Shown here piece by piece: positions 9,398 through 19,288 of a DNA stretch of 64,000 nucleotides; the first letter of the stretch is position 1; the number at the start of each line of letters is the position of its first letter. The DNA is from an uncultured Clostridia bacterium. Its GTDB lineage: Bacteria; CAYTYR01; UBA6262. The notes under the pieces were generated by a model, which had not been told where the DNA came from, did not search any database, and was given only the letters and a program-made list of their open reading frames with translations. The translations under genes and the position numbers were made by a program. The stretch is taken from positions 1 through 64,000 of the forward strand of contig CAYTYR010000002.1 in NCBI GenBank assembly GCA_964441745.1. Direction: 5' to 3'.

Positions 9398-10775
9398 TGA
9401 ACCAAAAATAGAAGCCCTTTTAAAAGCAGCCACTAATGTGAAGCCGGCTGAATTGGACCGCATCCTGGATAAAAGTAAATCTTTGCAAAGACTATCCTTA
9501 AGCGAAACAGCGGCTTTGCTGGCGGTAGAAGACCCGCAGTATCTTAAGAAAATATTTGCCGCAGCGTCTTTTGTCAAGGAGCATATTTACGGCAGCCGGA
9601 TAGTATTATTCGCGCCACTATATATCAGTAATATCTGTGCCAACTGCTGCGCTTATTGCGCGTTTAATGCCAAAAATAAAAAGATCGCGCGTAAAGCCCT
9701 GACCGTGGATGAGATCAAGGAACAGGTTACGTTATTATTAAAACACGGGCATAAGCGCATCTTGCTGGTAGCCGGGGAAGCGGCGCCAGCCGGCAAGACT
9801 AATATTGAATATTATGTCGAATCGATCAAAGCGGTTTATGCGGTTAGTGTCGGGAAGCACCGGATCAAGAGAGTGAACATTAATTGTGCGCCTTTGACCG
9901 TGGATGAATTTAAACAATTAAAAGCCGCCGGTATCGGTACGTTCCAGATATTCCAGGAAACATATCATGAAAAGAGTTATCACCAGGTGCATATCAGCGG
10001 GCCAAAGAGTGATCCGGATAACCGTATTGACGCTGTGGACCGCGCTTTTACCGCCGGGATTGATGATGTTGGGATCGGGGTCCTGTATGGTATTTATGAT
10101 TACCGGTTCGAGATCCTGGCTATGCTTATGCATATCGAGCACCTGGAAGAAAAATTCAAAGTCGGTCCCCACACTATTTCCGTACCCAGGATCGAGCCGG
10201 CCTTAGGATCTGCTTTCAGCGAAAATGTTCCCCATCGCGTTTCAGATGATGAATTCAAGAAACTGGTTGCTGTCTTGCGGTTGTCAGTGCCGTATACCGG
10301 AATGATCCTCACGACCCGGGAAACGCCGGAGATGCGTGATGAATTATTTAATTTAGGCATATCCCAGATCAGCGCTGCTTCCCGGACCTCTCCCGGCGGC
10401 TATGAAGAAACCCAGGGGAAACTGCCTAAAGATTCGCAATTTATTTTAAATGATAATCGTTCATTGGATGAAGTTATCGGCTCATTGATCAGTAAAAAAT
10501 TTATTCCCAGTTTTTGCGCCGCCTGCTATCGCTCGTCCCGGACCGGGGAAGCTTTCATGAACCTGGCTAAGCCTGGCTTGATCAAAGGAAAATGCAGCGT
10601 TAATGCTTTGATCACCCTGAAAGAATATCTCGACGATTTTGCCTCACCGGAAGTCAAGAAAGCCGGATATGCTTTGATCGAGGAATACAGTCAACAGCTG
10701 GATGAGAAAACCCGGGCCGAGCTGGCTAAATATTTCGCCGATATTAATCAGGGTATTAGGGATGAGTACGTCTAA
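9384..10775 (+). CDS. hydG: [FeFe]-hydrogenase maturase HydG
   Basis: CANCCAYC radical SAM motif, GPHTISVPR, C-terminal Cx2Cx22C. Confidence 0.95.
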   Translation: MKYIDEPKIEALLKAATNVKPAELDRILDKSKSLQRLSLSETAALLAVEDPQYLKKIFAAASFVKEHIYGSRIVLFAPLYISNICANCCAYCAFNAKNKKIARKALTVDEIKEQVTLLLKHGHKRILLVAGEAAPAGKTNIEYYVESIKAVYAVSVGKHRIKRVNINCAPLTVDEFKQLKAAGIGTFQIFQETYHEKSYHQVHISGPKSDPDNRIDAVDRAFTAGIDDVGIGVLYGIYDYRFEILAMLMHIEHLEEKFKVGPHTISVPRIEPALGSAFSENVPHRVSDDEFKKLVAVLRLSVPYTGMILTTRETPEMRDELFNLGISQISAASRTSPGGYEETQGKLPKDSQFILNDNRSLDEVIGSLISKKFIPSFCAACYRSSRTGEAFMNLAKPGLIKGKCSVNALITLKEYLDDFASPEVKKAGYALIEEYSQQLDEKTRAELAKYFADINQGIRDEYV

Positions 10776-11868
10776 GATCAAGGATATTTTAAAACGGGTA
10801 TATAACGCTCCAAGGCCGGCAGTGGCAGACCTGGAATTCCTGCTGTCATTAACCGCAGAGCCTGAAACTAGGATCCTGTACGCGTCTGCCGACCAGGTGC
10901 GGAAAAAGTTTGCCGGTAACGGCATCCTGTTGCGCGGGATCATTGAGTTTGATAATAATTGCCGGAACACCTGCCTCTATTGCGGACTGAACCGGAAAAA
11001 TAAGCAGATCAAAAGATATCGCCTGACCCAGTCCCAGGTGCTCGGCAGTGTTGCCCGAATGGCGGCACAAGGGATCAAGACCGTGGTCCTGCAATCCGGT
11101 GAAGCCAGTGACCTGGATGCAGCCTGGCTGGCGGCAGTGGTCAGGGAAATTAAACAGCGCTATCACCTGGCAGTCACTCTTTCAGTCGGGGAACAAGACT
11201 TAAGAACCTATCGCCTCTGGCGGACGGCTGGGGCTGACCGGTACTTATTGAAAATAGAAACCACGGACCGGGGAATTTACCGGTCACTGCATCCGGAAAT
11301 GGATTATGACCACCGGGTAAATTGCCTGCGCAATTTAAAAAAGCTGGGCTACCAGGTTGGATCTGGCATTATCATTGGGCTGCGGGGACAAACCGTGCGT
11401 AGTATTGCCCGGGATATCCTGTTTTTTAAAAAGCGGCAATTTGATATGATCGGTATCGGGCCTTTTATTCCCCATCACCAGACCAAATTGGACGGGGATA
11501 AAAAAGGTGAGGCGCTCTTGACCTTGAAGGCCCTGGCGGTTACCAGGATCGTGACCCGCTATAGCCACTTACCAGCGACCACAGCCTTGGGCAGTTTGGA
11601 AAAAGATTACCGGATCATTGGCTTGCAGGCCGGCGCTAATGTCCTGATGCCGAACTTTACGCCTCAACCTTACAAGCAGTATTATGAACTGTATCCGGGC
11701 AAAAGATGCGTGAATGAAGCAGTAGGAGCTGGCGTGCCCTGCCTGGCGGGATTGGCGGGCACTATTAAAAGGCGCCTGGATTTTTCTTACGGACATAGTT
11801 TGCTGAAAAGACAAGAATTAAATTTGAAAAAGGAGGAAGAATATGGCGAAAAAAGCGCTGATCATTGA
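10762..11868 (+). CDS. hydE: [FeFe]-hydrogenase maturase HydE
   Basis: CRNTCLYC, VLQSGE, RYLLKIET, PATTAL, YELYPGK. ATG at 10762 overlaps hydG. Confidence 0.92.
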   Translation: MSTSKIKDILKRVYNAPRPAVADLEFLLSLTAEPETRILYASADQVRKKFAGNGILLRGIIEFDNNCRNTCLYCGLNRKNKQIKRYRLTQSQVLGSVARMAAQGIKTVVLQSGEASDLDAAWLAAVVREIKQRYHLAVTLSVGEQDLRTYRLWRTAGADRYLLKIETTDRGIYRSLHPEMDYDHRVNCLRNLKKLGYQVGSGIIIGLRGQTVRSIARDILFFKKRQFDMIGIGPFIPHHQTKLDGDKKGEALLTLKALAVTRIVTRYSHLPATTALGSLEKDYRIIGLQAGANVLMPNFTPQPYKQYYELYPGKRCVNEAVGAGVPCLAGLAGTIKRRLDFSYGHSLLKRQELNLKKEEEYGEKSADH

Positions 11869-12226
11869 TGACGACGCAGAATACCGCGAAGCCACCACAA
11901 CGTTGCTGGAAGCTAAAGGCTATGAGGTCATTACCGCCGAGAATGGGGAACAGGGATTTGAAAAAGCGAAAAGTTTGGTCCCGGATATTATCCTCTTAGA
12001 TGTCATGATGACCCATAAGTCGGAAGGTTTTGATCTCGCGCGGAACCTGAAGCAGGAAAGTAAAACCAAAAATGTCCCGGTGATCATTGTTTCCGGCGTG
12101 CGGAAAGAAATGAACCTGCCGTTTGGTTTTGAACCGGACCAGGATTGGCTCCCGGTGAAGACCATACTGGAAAAACCGATCAAACCGGAGGTATTGCTAA
12201 AAGCGATCGAAGAGAATCTTAAATAG
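11843..12226 (+). CDS. Single-domain response regulator (receiver only)
   Basis: LIIDDD, DIILLDVMM, VSG, EKP; no output domain. Confidence 0.9.
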   Translation: MAKKALIIDDDAEYREATTTLLEAKGYEVITAENGEQGFEKAKSLVPDIILLDVMMTHKSEGFDLARNLKQESKTKNVPVIIVSGVRKEMNLPFGFEPDQDWLPVKTILEKPIKPEVLLKAIEENLK

Positions 12227-12248
12227 TATCTTGATGATGGAGTGCGCA

Positions 12249-12722
12249 ATGACTGAACCTAAGTTAAGCGAAGACATTAAAAAAGTAGTAGAGAAATGGC
12301 GCAACAAGAAAGGCAGCCTGGTCATGATCCTGCATGAGATCCAGAATGCCTATGGCTATGTGCCCAGGGAAACTTCCCTGGAGCTATCCAAATATTTGGA
12401 TGTGCCGCTGGCCCAGATCTATGAAGTGATCACGTTCTATAATTATTTCAAACTGGAAAAACCAGGAGCACACCGCATTTCGGTCTGCATGGGCACAGCC
12501 TGTTATCTGAAAGGATCTCCGGTTATCCTGCAGGAGTTGAAAGAACTACTGGATGTGGAAGAAGGGCATAACACCAAGGATGGTTTGTTTGCTTTGGATG
12601 TGGTCCGGTGCCTGGGGTGCTGCGGGTTGGCGCCGGTCATGATGATCGATGGCAAAGTATATGGCAAAGTAAAAAAAGAAGAGATCATGAACATTTTGTC
12701 TGAATATGGGAAAGAGGAATAA
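12249..12722 (+). CDS. hndA: HndA/NuoE-like 2Fe-2S subunit
   Basis: CMGTAC..CLGCC; start chosen after GGAG. Confidence 0.9.
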   Translation: MTEPKLSEDIKKVVEKWRNKKGSLVMILHEIQNAYGYVPRETSLELSKYLDVPLAQIYEVITFYNYFKLEKPGAHRISVCMGTACYLKGSPVILQELKELLDVEEGHNTKDGLFALDVVRCLGCCGLAPVMMIDGKVYGKVKKEEIMNILSEYGKEE

Positions 12723-12725
12723 CTT

Positions 12726-13094
12726 ATGACTAAATTAACCAAGGCGAGTTTTGACCAGCATAAAGCCGCGATCCCGGCCACAAATAAGAATTGGATCAAA
12801 GTCGGTATGAGTACATGCGGGATCGCGGCCGGCGCGGAAGAAGTATTTAAAACCTTGCAGGAAGAAGCAAAAAAGAAAAACTTGTCTATTGAGATCAAAA
12901 AATGCGGTTGCCTCGGTATGTGCTATGCTGAACCATTGGTCGAAGTTCATGTCGAAGGAGTCCCGCAGGTGATCTACGGTAAAGTGAATAAGGACATAGC
13001 GATCAAAATATTGGAAAAACATGTCGGCACAAAAATGCTGGTAAATGACTATATTTTTGATTTGGCGTTAACGATGAAAGAAGTAGGAAAATGA
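12726..13094 (+). CDS. hndB: HndB-like thioredoxin-fold 2Fe-2S subunit
   Basis: VGMSTCGIAAGA..GCLGMCYAEP. Confidence 0.85.
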   Translation: MTKLTKASFDQHKAAIPATNKNWIKVGMSTCGIAAGAEEVFKTLQEEAKKKNLSIEIKKCGCLGMCYAEPLVEVHVEGVPQVIYGKVNKDIAIKILEKHVGTKMLVNDYIFDLALTMKEVGK

Positions 13095-14836
13095 TGGAGA
13101 AAAAGATTGTATTACTTAAAGATACAAGTATCGGCGCGGCCGATAAAACCAAAGAATATTACAGCCTGATCCTGAACCTGCTGCGTGATCGTAATTTGCA
13201 GGATTCTGTGCAAGTGGTCAGGGTGGCTGATATCGGTATTTACGACCAGGGATTAGTGCTTAAGATCCTGCCTGACCAGGTGACCTACGGGAAGGTACAG
13301 GAGGCTGATCTCGCTCAGATCATAACTGAAACGATCCAGGGGAATAAGGTGCTGGACCGGTTAGCTATCAAGCTGACCGCGAAACAACTGCGTCTGGTCT
13401 TGCGTAACTGCGGCCAGATCGATCCGGAAAGTTTCGATGATTATTTAGCTGTTGATGGGTATGCCGCCCTGAAAAAAGTGATCACCGAATATAAGCCGGA
13501 ACAGGTGATCGAACAACTGAAAGCCAGTGGTTTGCGCGGCCGCGGCGGGGCTGGTTTCCCGACCTGGATGAAATGGAATTTTGCCCGGCAGATCAAGGCC
13601 GGACAGAAATATATTGTCTGTAACGGTGATGAAGGTGATCCCGGCGCCTATATGGACCGCAGCGTCCTGGAAGGTGATCCGCACTCGGTGATCGAAGGGA
13701 TGATGATCGGGGCTTATGCCATCGGGGCCAGCCAGGGATATTTCTATATCCGGGCTGAATATCCGCTGGCTGTGGAACGGATCCAAAAAGCCATTGCCCA
13801 ATCTTATGAATATGGCTTGCTGGGTAAAAATATATTAGGTACGGAATTTTCTTTTGACGTCGAGATTCGGCTGGGAGCCGGAGCTTTTGTCTGTGGTGAA
13901 GAAACAGCTTTATTGGCGTCCATTGAGGGGAAACGCGGCACGCCGCAGCCACGGCCACCGTACCCTTCGATCAAGGGATTATGGGGCCAGCCCACGGTCA
14001 TTAATAATGTCGAGACCTTGGCTAACATACCAGTGGTTTTACTAAAAGGCGGAGCCAGCTTCAGTAAAGTCGGGACGGAAAAGTCTAAAGGGACTAAAGT
14101 ATTTGCCGTGACTGGCAAGATCAAGAATTCTGGTTTGGTGGAAGTCCCCATGGGCACTACTATCCGGGAAATTGTTTATGATATCGGCGGGGGTATGCTA
14201 TCCGCTAAAGGGCTTAAGGCGGTGCAGACTGGCGGACCGTCAGGAGGGGTTATCCCGAAAGAATTTCTGGATGAACCGGTTGATTATGAAAATCTCCAGA
14301 AACTCGGCTCGATCATGGGTTCCGGCGGGATGATCGTCATGGATGAGGATGATTGCCTGGTGGACATCGCCAAGTTCTACCTGAAATTCTGCGTTGAGGA
14401 ATCATGCGGTAAATGCGCGCCCTGCCGGATTGGTGGTTTCCAGATGTTAAGCTTATTGGAAAATATCACCAATGGCAAGGGTACCAGCGGTGACCTGGCG
14501 AAGATGAAAAGAATAGCCCAAGCGATGCAAAAAGCCTCTTTATGCGGACTCGGACAAACCGCCTCTAATCCGGTGCTGTCTACCATAAAATATTTTGCCG
14601 CTGAATATAAAGAGCATATTGAAAACAAGAAATGCGTGGCTGGTAAATGCCGTTACCTGTTGAATTATCAGATCATTCCCGATAAATGCAAAAAATGCGG
14701 TTTGTGCCTTACCAATTGCGTGTTCGGCGCCATTTCCGGCAACCGGGAACAGGGATATGTGCTGGATCAGGCCAAATGCACCAAATGCGGACGCTGCTAT
14801 GAAGTATGCAAATTTAAAGCTATTGGCAAAGGATAA
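13091..14836 (+). CDS. hndC: HndC/HydB NADH-FMN-binding subunit
   Basis: GRGGAGFP, DEGDPGAYMD, GGPSG, CGKCAPCRIG and two C-terminal 4Fe-4S motifs. Confidence 0.92.
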   Translation: MMEKKIVLLKDTSIGAADKTKEYYSLILNLLRDRNLQDSVQVVRVADIGIYDQGLVLKILPDQVTYGKVQEADLAQIITETIQGNKVLDRLAIKLTAKQLRLVLRNCGQIDPESFDDYLAVDGYAALKKVITEYKPEQVIEQLKASGLRGRGGAGFPTWMKWNFARQIKAGQKYIVCNGDEGDPGAYMDRSVLEGDPHSVIEGMMIGAYAIGASQGYFYIRAEYPLAVERIQKAIAQSYEYGLLGKNILGTEFSFDVEIRLGAGAFVCGEETALLASIEGKRGTPQPRPPYPSIKGLWGQPTVINNVETLANIPVVLLKGGASFSKVGTEKSKGTKVFAVTGKIKNSGLVEVPMGTTIREIVYDIGGGMLSAKGLKAVQTGGPSGGVIPKEFLDEPVDYENLQKLGSIMGSGGMIVMDEDDCLVDIAKFYLKFCVEESCGKCAPCRIGGFQMLSLLENITNGKGTSGDLAKMKRIAQAMQKASLCGLGQTASNPVLSTIKYFAAEYKEHIENKKCVAGKCRYLLNYQIIPDKCKKCGLCLTNCVFGAISGNREQGYVLDQAKCTKCGRCYEVCKFKAIGKG

Positions 14837-14841
14837 AATAT

Positions 14842-16593
14842 ATGAAAAAAGTTGTGAAGGCAAAGATCAACGGAATATTGATCAGGGCGGAAGAAGGGAC
14901 CACGATCCTGGATGCCGCCAGGAAAGTCCAGGTAAAGATTCCTACGCTCTGCAAACATCCTGACCTGAAGCCTTCCGCCAGCTGCGGCTTGTGCATCGTC
15001 AAAATTAAAGGTGCCAATAAGATGCTGCGGGCTTGTTGTACGCCGCTGGATGAGGGGATGGAGATCATCACTCATGATCCGGAGATCGTGGATATCCGCC
15101 GGACGGTGTTGGAGTTGATCCTGTCCAATCATCCGAATGACTGCTTGAAATGTGACCGGAATAATGACTGTGAACTGCAAAAACTGGTTGCTGATTTTGG
15201 CATCAGGCAAAGCCCTTTTACCCAGGTTTTGCGTGACCTGCCGGAAGATAATTCTACTAAAGCCATAGAACTTGATCCGAAGAAATGCATTCTTTGCGGG
15301 CGCTGTGTGGATGTCTGCCAGAACCGGCAGGATGTCTGGGCCTTGTCATTTTTAGAGCGGGGTATGCAGACCAGGATTTCCCCGGCGGGTGATATTTTAT
15401 TAAATGAATCTCCCTGCGTTAAGTGCGGGCAGTGTTCGGCCCATTGTCCCACGGGAGCGATCGTGGAGCAGGATGATATCGGCAAAGTCTGGGAAGCGCT
15501 GCTTGATCCGGACAAGTATTGCGTGGTGCAGATCGCTCCAGCCGTCCGGGCTTCGATCGGTGAGGCTTTTGGCTTGACCGGCAAAAATATGACTAAACAG
15601 TTATATGCTTTATTGCGCAGATTGGGATTTAAAGCTGTTTTCGATACTAATTTTGCGGCTGATGTCACCATTATGGAAGAGGCGAGTGAGTTTGAAGAAA
15701 GGCTGATCAAAGGCACTAAGCCCTTGCCGTTGATCACCTCCTGCTGTCCGGCCTGGGTTGATTTTATGGAAAAATTTCACAGCGACATGATCGAGCATTT
15801 TTCTTCGTGCAAATCGCCGCATGAGATCCTGGGCGTTTTGTCAAAAACATATTATGCCCAGAAGAATAGCCTTGATCCGGCGAAGATCACCATGGTTTCC
15901 ATCATGCCGTGTACCGCCAAGAAATATGAAATTACCCGCAGTAATGAAATGTCAGCCTCCGGGTACCAGGATATCGACATTGTCTTATCCACCCGGGAAT
16001 TGGCCAGGATGATCAAGCAGGCGGGTATTGATTTCCTGAGCCTGCCGGGTGAAGAAGCTGACAGCATGCTCGGTGAATATGCCGGGGCCGGTGTTATTTT
16101 TGGCGCGACCGGCGGCGTCATGGAAGCGGCTTTGCGGACCGCCTCTTATTTTGTCACTGGCAGTGACCTGGGCAAAGTTGAATTTGAAGATGTCCGCGGT
16201 TTGCAAGGCATCAAGGAAACAGAAATAGAGATCGCCGGCAAGAAGATCAGGATCGCTATCGCCCATGGTTTAGGCAATGTTGAGATCGTGCTGGACAAGG
16301 TCCGGGAAGCCAAGAAGAACAACCAGGAACTGCCGTACCATTTTATCGAGGTAATGGCCTGTCCCGGTGGTTGTGTGGGTGGCGGCGGCCAGCCGTATAT
16401 GGTCACTGATGAATTACGCTTGAAACGGGCCAAAGTCCTGTACCAGGATGATACGGACAAGCAGGTCCGCTGCTCGCACCAGAATCCTTATGTCAAACGG
16501 TTGTATACGGAATTCCTGGAAAAGCCGCTTAGCGCGAAATCAGAAAAACTATTGCATACCAAATATAACTCCCGGCCGATTTATAAACGGTAG
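14842..16593 (+). CDS. hndD: [FeFe]-hydrogenase catalytic subunit HndD/HydA
   Basis: TSCCPAW, MPCTAKKYE, EVMACPGGCVGGGGQ and accessory FeS motifs. Confidence 0.95.
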   Translation: MKKVVKAKINGILIRAEEGTTILDAARKVQVKIPTLCKHPDLKPSASCGLCIVKIKGANKMLRACCTPLDEGMEIITHDPEIVDIRRTVLELILSNHPNDCLKCDRNNDCELQKLVADFGIRQSPFTQVLRDLPEDNSTKAIELDPKKCILCGRCVDVCQNRQDVWALSFLERGMQTRISPAGDILLNESPCVKCGQCSAHCPTGAIVEQDDIGKVWEALLDPDKYCVVQIAPAVRASIGEAFGLTGKNMTKQLYALLRRLGFKAVFDTNFAADVTIMEEASEFEERLIKGTKPLPLITSCCPAWVDFMEKFHSDMIEHFSSCKSPHEILGVLSKTYYAQKNSLDPAKITMVSIMPCTAKKYEITRSNEMSASGYQDIDIVLSTRELARMIKQAGIDFLSLPGEEADSMLGEYAGAGVIFGATGGVMEAALRTASYFVTGSDLGKVEFEDVRGLQGIKETEIEIAGKKIRIAIAHGLGNVEIVLDKVREAKKNNQELPYHFIEVMACPGGCVGGGGQPYMVTDELRLKRAKVLYQDDTDKQVRCSHQNPYVKRLYTEFLEKPLSAKSEKLLHTKYNSRPIYKR

Positions 16594-16613
16594 TATGGCC
16601 GACAGGAGCAAGA

Positions 16614-17999
16614 ATGGAATTCAGGATAGAAAAGGATAGTTTAGGGGAGAAGCAAATTCCTGGTAACGTTTATTGGGGTATTCATACCCAGCGAGCGCTG
16701 GAGAATTTTGCCCTCAGCGGCAGAAAAGTCAGTTGGCCGCTGGTCAGAGCTATTGTTATGGTCAAGAAAGCGGCTTGTCAGGCTAACCGAGAATTAGGTT
16801 TTTTAACAGAAGCCAAAGCGGTAACCATTATAGCGGCTTGTGATGAAATACTGGCCGGCCAATGGTCTGATCAGTTTCCCCTGGATGCCCTGCAGGGTGG
16901 AGCGGGAACTTCAACCAACATGAACGTAAATGAGGTTATTGCCAACCGGGCCAGTGAATTATCCGGCGGCAAACCAGGCGACTATTCTTTGATCCATCCT
17001 CTGGTTGATGTAAACCTGCATCAATCCACGAACGATGTTTATCCTACGGCTCTGAAGGTAGCAGTCATATTCGGTCTCCGGGAATTGAGCCCGGCTGCCG
17101 CGCAGTTACAAGGAGAGCTCCAGAAGAAAGAGAAAGAGTTTGCGGAGATCGTCAAGATCGGCCGCACGGAAATGCAGGAAGCCGTGCCCCTGACCCTGGG
17201 AGCCGAGTTTTCCGCTTTCGCGGAAGCGGTAGCGCGTGATCGCTGGCGCACCTTCAAGTGCGAGGAAAGAATACGCGTGGTCAATATCGGCGGTACGGCG
17301 GTAGGTACCGGTTTAACCGCGCCCAGAAGTTATATATTCCTGGTAATAGACAAATTACGTGAACTGACCGGCTTAGGGATTTCCCGCGCTGAGAACGCGG
17401 TGGACCAGACCGCTAATAGCGACACTTTCGTGGAAGTAGCAGGGATATTGAAAGCCCAAGCGGTCAGCCTGATCAAGATCAGTAATGACTTAAGACTGCT
17501 GAACCTGCTGGGGGAAATAGAATTGCCCAAAGCGCAAGTCGGTTCTTCTATCATGCCGGGTAAAATAAATCCAGTCATACTGGAGGCTGTTATCCAGGCT
17601 GGCTTGAAAGTGATCGCTGCTGATAACCTGGTAACCGCGTCCGCGGTCCGGAGTAATTTACAGATAAATGAATTTTTGCCTTTGTTGGCGGAAAGTTTAC
17701 TGGAAGCGGTAGAGCTGTTGACCGGAACCTGTCAAATGCTGGCCAGGCATGTCGCCGGGATAAAAGCCGATCCGGAAAAATGCCGTGAGTACCTTTCCCA
17801 TAGTCCTACCCTGATCACTGCTTTTCTTCCCGTACTTAGTTATGACCAGGCCAGTCTATTGCTGGCAGAATGGCAAGCTGACCGGCAGACGAGTTTCCGG
17901 GAATTCTTGAATAAAAAATTAGGCCGGGATTTGGTAGATAAAACCCTCTCTCCTTATAATCTGTCCGCTCTGGGTTACGCAGATGAACAAAACACCTAA
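16614..17999 (+). CDS. aspA: Aspartate ammonia-lyase
   Basis: QGGAGTSTNMN, QSTND, KIGRT and GSSIMPGKINP fumarase/aspartase signature. Confidence 0.88.
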   Translation: MEFRIEKDSLGEKQIPGNVYWGIHTQRALENFALSGRKVSWPLVRAIVMVKKAACQANRELGFLTEAKAVTIIAACDEILAGQWSDQFPLDALQGGAGTSTNMNVNEVIANRASELSGGKPGDYSLIHPLVDVNLHQSTNDVYPTALKVAVIFGLRELSPAAAQLQGELQKKEKEFAEIVKIGRTEMQEAVPLTLGAEFSAFAEAVARDRWRTFKCEERIRVVNIGGTAVGTGLTAPRSYIFLVIDKLRELTGLGISRAENAVDQTANSDTFVEVAGILKAQAVSLIKISNDLRLLNLLGEIELPKAQVGSSIMPGKINPVILEAVIQAGLKVIAADNLVTASAVRSNLQINEFLPLLAESLLEAVELLTGTCQMLARHVAGIKADPEKCREYLSHSPTLITAFLPVLSYDQASLLLAEWQADRQTSFREFLNKKLGRDLVDKTLSPYNLSALGYADEQNT

Positions 18000-19230
18000 A
18001 GCTCTTAGATTGCATATTGGTATTTTTGGCCGGACCAATGTCGGTAAATCAAGTTTCCTGAATTTGGCCGCCGGCCAGGACGTTGCCATTATCTCCCCTT
18101 TGCCCGGCACGACCACTGATGTCGTGGAAAAAACCATGGAATTGTTGCCGGTCGGGCCGGTGGTTTTTCTGGATACGGCCGGTATCGATGACCGTTCACT
18201 ATTGGCGGAGTTGAGGATAAAAAAATCCCATAAAATATTTGACCGGGCTGACGTGATCCTGCTGATCATTGAACCGGATTACTGGTCTGAATTTGAAGAG
18301 GAGATAATAACAGAAGCGGAACACCGCGGTCTGCCCTGTATAATTATCATCAATAAAACAGACCTTAAAACGCCCGGCGGGGAATTCTTAAAAAAAGTGA
18401 AAGAGAGAAGTCCCCGGGTCATTTTAACGGCGAGTTTGGGTACGGCGCGGCGCGAAATGACTTTAAATGAATTGAAGAAATACTTATTAGAGATAGTGCC
18501 GGATGAATTTCTCAATCCACCGCCACTGGTTGGTGATCTGCTAAAACCCGGCGGGATAGTAGTGCTGGTCGTACCGCTAGATCTGGAAGCGCCCAAAGGA
18601 CGGTTAATCCTGCCGCAAGTCCAGACTATCCGGGATGCCCTGGACAATGACGCCGCCGCCTTGGTGGTTAAAGAAAGGGAATACGCCAGTGTCTTGGCTA
18701 ATCTCCAGAATCCTCCGGAATTGGTCGTGTGTGACTCTCAGGTAGTCTTGAAAATGGTAGCTGATACGCCTAGCAACATAAAGTGCACTACTTTTTCCAT
18801 ACTTTTCGCTCGTCAGCGCAGTGACCTGGTAGAGGCGGCGCGCGGAGTAAGCACGATAAAAAAGTTGAAAGCCGGTGATAAGGTCCTGATCGCGGAAGCG
18901 TGCAGCCATCATCCTGTGGAAGATGACATTGCCCGGGTCAAGATCCCGCGCTGGTTGCGGCAGTATATTGGCGGAGACCTGCAGATCGATGTTTCTGCCG
19001 GAAATGATTTTCCGGAGAACCTGCGGGAGTATAAGCTGGTCATCCATTGCGGTGGCTGCATGATCAATAAACGGCAGATGCTTTCTCGTATACACCAGGC
19101 TCAGGCACAGGGCGTTCCAGTGACTAATTATGGATTAAGTATTTCTTTTGTTCAAGGCGTATTGGAGAGAGTTTTAGCTCCTTTCCCCGCGGCCTTGGCC
19201 GCCTACCGGCAAGCCGCAAAAAATAAATAG
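17983..19230 (+). CDS. hydF: [FeFe]-hydrogenase maturation GTPase HydF
   Basis: GRTNVGKS, DTAG, NKTD, PKGRLILPQVQ, CSHH...HCGGC. Confidence 0.95.
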   Translation: MNKTPKALRLHIGIFGRTNVGKSSFLNLAAGQDVAIISPLPGTTTDVVEKTMELLPVGPVVFLDTAGIDDRSLLAELRIKKSHKIFDRADVILLIIEPDYWSEFEEEIITEAEHRGLPCIIIINKTDLKTPGGEFLKKVKERSPRVILTASLGTARREMTLNELKKYLLEIVPDEFLNPPPLVGDLLKPGGIVVLVVPLDLEAPKGRLILPQVQTIRDALDNDAAALVVKEREYASVLANLQNPPELVVCDSQVVLKMVADTPSNIKCTTFSILFARQRSDLVEAARGVSTIKKLKAGDKVLIAEACSHHPVEDDIARVKIPRWLRQYIGGDLQIDVSAGNDFPENLREYKLVIHCGGCMINKRQMLSRIHQAQAQGVPVTNYGLSISFVQGVLERVLAPFPAALAAYRQAAKNK

Positions 19231-19288
19231 CTAATTTTTTACTTGAATTATTTTTAGCTTTATGCTTAAATGAAGACAGAGGTAAAAA

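Noticed and set aside
3830-16560. DNA similarity between the two hydB-like and the two hydA-like genes as a recent duplication or misassembly
   Set aside because: Similarity is confined to conserved protein motifs with diverged codons; they are ordinary paralogues.
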